A DNA stretch of 64,000 nt, taken from NCBI GenBank assembly GCA_031414535.1, contig JANNVQ010000057.1:32001-96000 (forward strand), in the 5' to 3' direction. The position numbers were made by a program, and so were the translations under genes. The notes below the pieces were generated by a model. It had not been told where the DNA came from. It saw only the letters and a list, made by a program, of their open reading frames with translations, and did not search any database. Each line of letters opens with the position of its first letter. Position 1 is the stretch's first letter. This document shows positions 60,336 to 64,000 of the stretch, piece after piece. Origin of the DNA: Gemmatimonas sp. (lineage in GTDB: Bacteria > Gemmatimonadota > Gemmatimonadetes > Gemmatimonadales > Gemmatimonadaceae).

Positions 60336-61220
60336 CTAGGGGATTTGGTCTAAGTCTTCCGCCTTGCTCGTCCGAGCGGGAGTGCGTTCAATTACACGAA
60401 CAGCCAAGAGATTCTGATCGGCCCGATTCATCGTGGACATCAAGCTCTCGCCCGGCTCGCGGACGGCCCAGCCGAGGCTGAATGGCACCGGTGCCGTGCG
60501 GAGGGCGGCCAATCGCATACGCTCGGCGACCATCTGCGCCGAAGCCAGCACCGCGCCGCGGAGCACGATGACGAATTCGTCGCCACCCACCCGCACCACC
60601 GGTTCCTCGGCGCGCACCTGACGCATCAGGAAGCGACTCATGCGGATGAGCGTGTTGTCACCCATCTGGTGGCCGTGCTCGTCGTTGTACGTCTTGAAGT
60701 GGTCAATGTCAATGAACAAGAAGCCCCAGCTCTCGTCCGTTGGGCTCAACATCTCATCGAGGTCGGCGAGGTGCCGGCGATTAAAGCAGCCGGTGAGCGG
60801 ATCACGCACGCTGCGTTGCCGGAGTTCATCTTCCATCTTTTTGCGTTGCGTGATGTCCACAAGGATGCCGTGATATAGCGTTTCGCCGCTACTTGGCTCC
60901 ACCACCGAGTACATGGTATCGAGCACGCAGAGTAATCCGCCATCCGGGCGCAGCAACTGCAGTTCAAAGTCGCGGACGAATCCGTCGCGCTCGAGCAGGT
61001 CCATTTCGGCCAGTCGGCGCGAGGGATCCACGACCATCTCGTTGGCACCGAATGTTTTCAGGTCATCCAGCGAGCGGACGCCCATCAACTGAAAAAATGC
61101 TGGGTTGGCGTCAAGGATGTTCCCACGACGATCACTGATGTAGATGGCCTCGCGCAGGTTGGCCACCAGTGAGCGCAGACTGTCGGGGTCCTGTAGAGAC
61201 CGAAAGCGTTGCGGGCTCAT
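60336..61220 (-). CDS. PAS-GGDEF diguanylate cyclase
   Basis: PAS domain, DPLTGCFNRR, DIDHFKTYND and an intact RVGGDEF motif. Confidence 0.92.
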   Translation of the reverse strand: MSPQRFRSLQDPDSLRSLVANLREAIYISDRRGNILDANPAFFQLMGVRSLDDLKTFGANEMVVDPSRRLAEMDLLERDGFVRDFELQLLRPDGGLLCVLDTMYSVVEPSSGETLYHGILVDITQRKKMEDELRQRSVRDPLTGCFNRRHLADLDEMLSPTDESWGFLFIDIDHFKTYNDEHGHQMGDNTLIRMSRFLMRQVRAEEPVVRVGGDEFVIVLRGAVLASAQMVAERMRLAALRTAPVPFSLGWAVREPGESLMSTMNRADQNLLAVRVIERTPARTSKAEDLDQIP

Positions 61221-62365
61221 GTGAGCACCGCCTCGCGCGCTTCCCATTGGCGCATCATTCCAATGAAGGCCGTAGCCGCCTCGAGATCGAAGTCTGGCCC
61301 CGCGCCTGACTCAATTTGCTTGAGCACGCGCTCGGCCTCCCACGCCTCACGATATGGCCGATTGGTGCGCAAGGCATCGTACACATCGCAGACGTGCACA
61401 AGCTTGGACGCCGAATGCACCCCGCGGTCGAAGTGGCGTCGCGGGTAGCCTTGGCCATTAATCATGATGTGATGCTCATACGCGACCGCCGCGGCCAAGT
61501 CGAGGTCGCGGTCGCTCTCGTAGATGATCTTCGCGCCATCTATTGGATGTTGGCGCATAATCACCCACTCCTCGTCTGTGAGTTTGCCCGGCTTCGTGAG
61601 CACTTCCTTGGGGATGCGTACTTTGCCGAGGTCATGCAGCAGTCCCGCCACGCCGAATGCGCGCACGTCGCTGGGGCCCATGCCCATCCACTCTGCCAGC
61701 GCCATCGTCAACACCGATACGTTGAGCGAATGCGTGGTTGTGTATTGATCAAACTCTTTCAGCTGCAACAAGGGCATGACGATGTTGCGGTCGCCGTGCA
61801 TCGCTAACGAGAGCGAGCGCACCACCGATTCCGCCTCGAAGAGCGGCAGTTCGCCGGAGGACGCGACCTCATTGTGCATCCACTCTACGGTCTGGGCTTC
61901 TTCGCCCAGCGTATAGGTGAAGTTCGCCGTCGAGGCGGGCATGATGAGTCGCGAGTCGTCGGTACCCTTCACGCCGATTGCACCGAACTTGATAGTCGAG
62001 CGCTTCTCGGGACTGCGCGTAGCCGAATCAATGGCCTGCAGCGTGATACGGGCAAGCACTTCTTCCAAGAACAGCTCGAACTCCTCCCGCGTGGTGCCGC
62101 GCTGAAACTCCACGCGCTGCACGCCGGCGTTGGCGAGCCGCGTGCCCCAATCCCAATCGCCGAGCTCGCGCATGGCAATCTCGCCGTACACCACGTCGGT
62201 GCCCAAGAAGGAGAAGCGGGGTTTGGGATCTGTTTCCTGCAGCAACGCGAGCCGCTCAAACGCGTGGTCAATGCCGCGCTGCCGCGCCGGATGCCCTTCG
62301 GAGTAGAGGGACATGGTCGCGAGCGCTTGGGCAAAGCTGGTGAGGAACTTCACGGGTTCGCTCAT
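61217..62365 (-). CDS. HD-GYP domain c-di-GMP phosphodiesterase
   Basis: HSLNV, LLHDLGK, HH...GQGYP and DVYDALRTNRPYR motifs. Confidence 0.92.
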   Translation of the reverse strand: MSEPVKFLTSFAQALATMSLYSEGHPARQRGIDHAFERLALLQETDPKPRFSFLGTDVVYGEIAMRELGDWDWGTRLANAGVQRVEFQRGTTREEFELFLEEVLARITLQAIDSATRSPEKRSTIKFGAIGVKGTDDSRLIMPASTANFTYTLGEEAQTVEWMHNEVASSGELPLFEAESVVRSLSLAMHGDRNIVMPLLQLKEFDQYTTTHSLNVSVLTMALAEWMGMGPSDVRAFGVAGLLHDLGKVRIPKEVLTKPGKLTDEEWVIMRQHPIDGAKIIYESDRDLDLAAAVAYEHHIMINGQGYPRRHFDRGVHSASKLVHVCDVYDALRTNRPYREAWEAERVLKQIESGAGPDFDLEAATAFIGMMRQWEAREAVLT

Positions 62366-64000
62366 TCCACCACCGCCACGCTCGCGCGCGATGTCATCGC
62401 CGCTGCACCAACAATCTCTTGGTCAGCACTGGCCGCAGCGAGTGCGAGGGGCGTTTTTGCCGCCGGATGCTCACGCCAGTGAATCGCCAGGCCCTCGAGG
62501 GCAGCGAGCATCTCCGGGGACTTACTCACCAATGCCTCTCGCTTAATCAGCTTGCCCATCCTCACAACGCGCCCAGCAAGCCAGGCTGGCGTGTCGGGAT
62601 TTTTGTTGGAGCTCAGTGCGCGGATGCCGAGCGCGCGCAAATCTGGAGACAGCAAGGCCTCATCGGCGCGGGTGCGCAGCACGAGCGCCGCATCGCGCGG
62701 GCAGTTGGTCATTGCCGCGCCGAGGCCAAGTCGCACATTGCCTTCATCCGCGTCAGCGAGCGCGCGTACGATGGTCGCATCGCGTGATTCGTTGGACCGC
62801 AGCAACTGCCGTAGCGCCTCGCGGCGGATGGCCGCGTCAGGATGGTCCATCCACTGCACCGCCTGATATCCGCAGTCCCACTCGGGGTGGCGGCCCAGCG
62901 CGGCCAAGAGAGGTCGCACCAAGTTCCAATGCAAACCCGGCAAACGCTCAAGCACCAAGGGCCCGACGGCAGCTCCGATGCGCTCCAGGAGAGCAAGCAT
63001 CGCAGCCTGCTTACGATCGTCCTGTGTTTCCTCAAGTGCGTCAATGATGGCATCCGTTGCCGATACGCCCATGCGCCCCACCATCCGCTCCAGTGTCTGA
63101 ATTGGAAGCGGATCTAACGCGAGTTGCAGGCGCAGGCGTTGTGGCGTGGCCACGTGACGCCAGAGCGTGTCTCGCATCCACAGGGACGGCGCGTTATCCA
63201 CCAAGTTCAACAAGGGCGCCAAGTTTGGATTGAGCGCCATCGTATCGGCGGATCGCCACACCTGGTCACCAAGTGTTTCAATTTCCAGTCCCATCGCCAA
63301 CAATCGCTCTGGCTCAATGGGAAAACTGTGCTCCACAAACCTCGCTGTGGGCTCGGCGGACGACATTTTCTCGAGCGCAAGGCGGTAGCCGTCCGGATTC
63401 GGATCGTCGAGTTGCCAGCCTTCCATCAATTTCTTCACTTGGTCACGCAACGCACCGTCCGCTTGCGAGCGCGTCGTGCTTGGACCAGTCTCCGCATGCG
63501 CAGCGAGCTTGGACAGCATACGCACCATCGAGTGTGACACATTCTGCCCCGACGTCTCCGAAGCTGCCCGCACCAATTCCACCACGGCGTCCAACGCCAT
63601 GCCCTGTGCGGCATCGAGCACAAACTTCTGCTGCTGGCGTCGGTTGCCGCCCATCTTCACCAAGCGCTCGAGCGTGGCCGGCGAAAGCTGCGCAATGAGT
63701 TGCGAGATGCGGCGTTGAAGTGCCGCGGCGTCTCGTCCGGTTTTGTGCTTGAGCTCTTCGGCAATTTGCAGCAGGTAGCCGACCACGACCTGGTCATATG
63801 CAGCATCACGCTTGTGCTCCTCAATCGCCTGCGCAACGACCGAGGGATCAACACCCGCAGGATCATCGGTGTCGAGCTTGTCGATCTGCGATACCAGCGC
63901 CGCGCGGGCGAGACCTACCCACAGCGCGGCCGACCGACTGCCGTTGGCTTTGCTGCCATCATCCTCGCCGTCCGCGTTGGGATCTTCCTCCAACAACTGC
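62362..64000 (-). CDS. HEAT-repeat-like helical protein, 5' end outside window
   Basis: Open frame to the window edge with HEAT-like units (HPDAAIRREAL, ALADADEGNVR). ATGA-coupled to the HD-GYP gene. Confidence 0.72.
   Translation of the reverse strand, partial: QLLEEDPNADGEDDGSKANGSRSAALWVGLARAALVSQIDKLDTDDPAGVDPSVVAQAIEEHKRDAAYDQVVVGYLLQIAEELKHKTGRDAAALQRRISQLIAQLSPATLERLVKMGGNRRQQQKFVLDAAQGMALDAVVELVRAASETSGQNVSHSMVRMLSKLAAHAETGPSTTRSQADGALRDQVKKLMEGWQLDDPNPDGYRLALEKMSSAEPTARFVEHSFPIEPERLLAMGLEIETLGDQVWRSADTMALNPNLAPLLNLVDNAPSLWMRDTLWRHVATPQRLRLQLALDPLPIQTLERMVGRMGVSATDAIIDALEETQDDRKQAAMLALLERIGAAVGPLVLERLPGLHWNLVRPLLAALGRHPEWDCGYQAVQWMDHPDAAIRREALRQLLRSNESRDATIVRALADADEGNVRLGLGAAMTNCPRDAALVLRTRADEALLSPDLRALGIRALSSNKNPDTPAWLAGRVVRMGKLIKREALVSKSPEMLAALEGLAIHWREHPAAKTPLALAAASADQEIVGAAAMTSRASVAVVE

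Overview
GC-rich bacterial chromosomal DNA. The gene repertoire suggests Gemmatimonadota (inference only): a TPR-bearing Ser/Thr kinase, a PD40-amidohydrolase, a VPS10-like glycosyl hydrolase and many 'A-Q' signal peptides. Positions 1-39.8 kb and 56.5-64 kb hold housekeeping and envelope genes: an RND efflux set, thioredoxin-like proteins, ettA, a GNAT/OSBS-NSAR/M20 cluster, sua5, fabI, SCP2/R2lox, an ECF sigma/anti-sigma pair and c-di-GMP genes. The standout is a ~16.7 kb locus (about 39.8-56.5 kb). One full-length, signal-peptide-bearing Rhs gene (44724-49985, minus strand) is flanked by seven orphan toxin-tip/immunity cassettes: three downstream in the same orientation and four upstream in the opposite orientation. 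All eight tips start with the same ~96-bp repeat encoding (S/F)TQLDPIGLAGGLNAYGFAGGDPVNFSDPFGL. Shared identity begins abruptly at a CACGCA hexamer followed by a near-invariant arm GCTTGACCC, which resembles a tyrosine-recombinase crossover site. A XerC/D-family recombinase closes the locus, and three TA-like gene pairs lie within or beside the arrays. The geometry predicts an 'Rhs shufflon' in which inversion of the Rhs core swaps the toxin tip. This mechanism is inferred from sequence, not demonstrated. Family assignments come from motif recognition by eye; no database searches were run.
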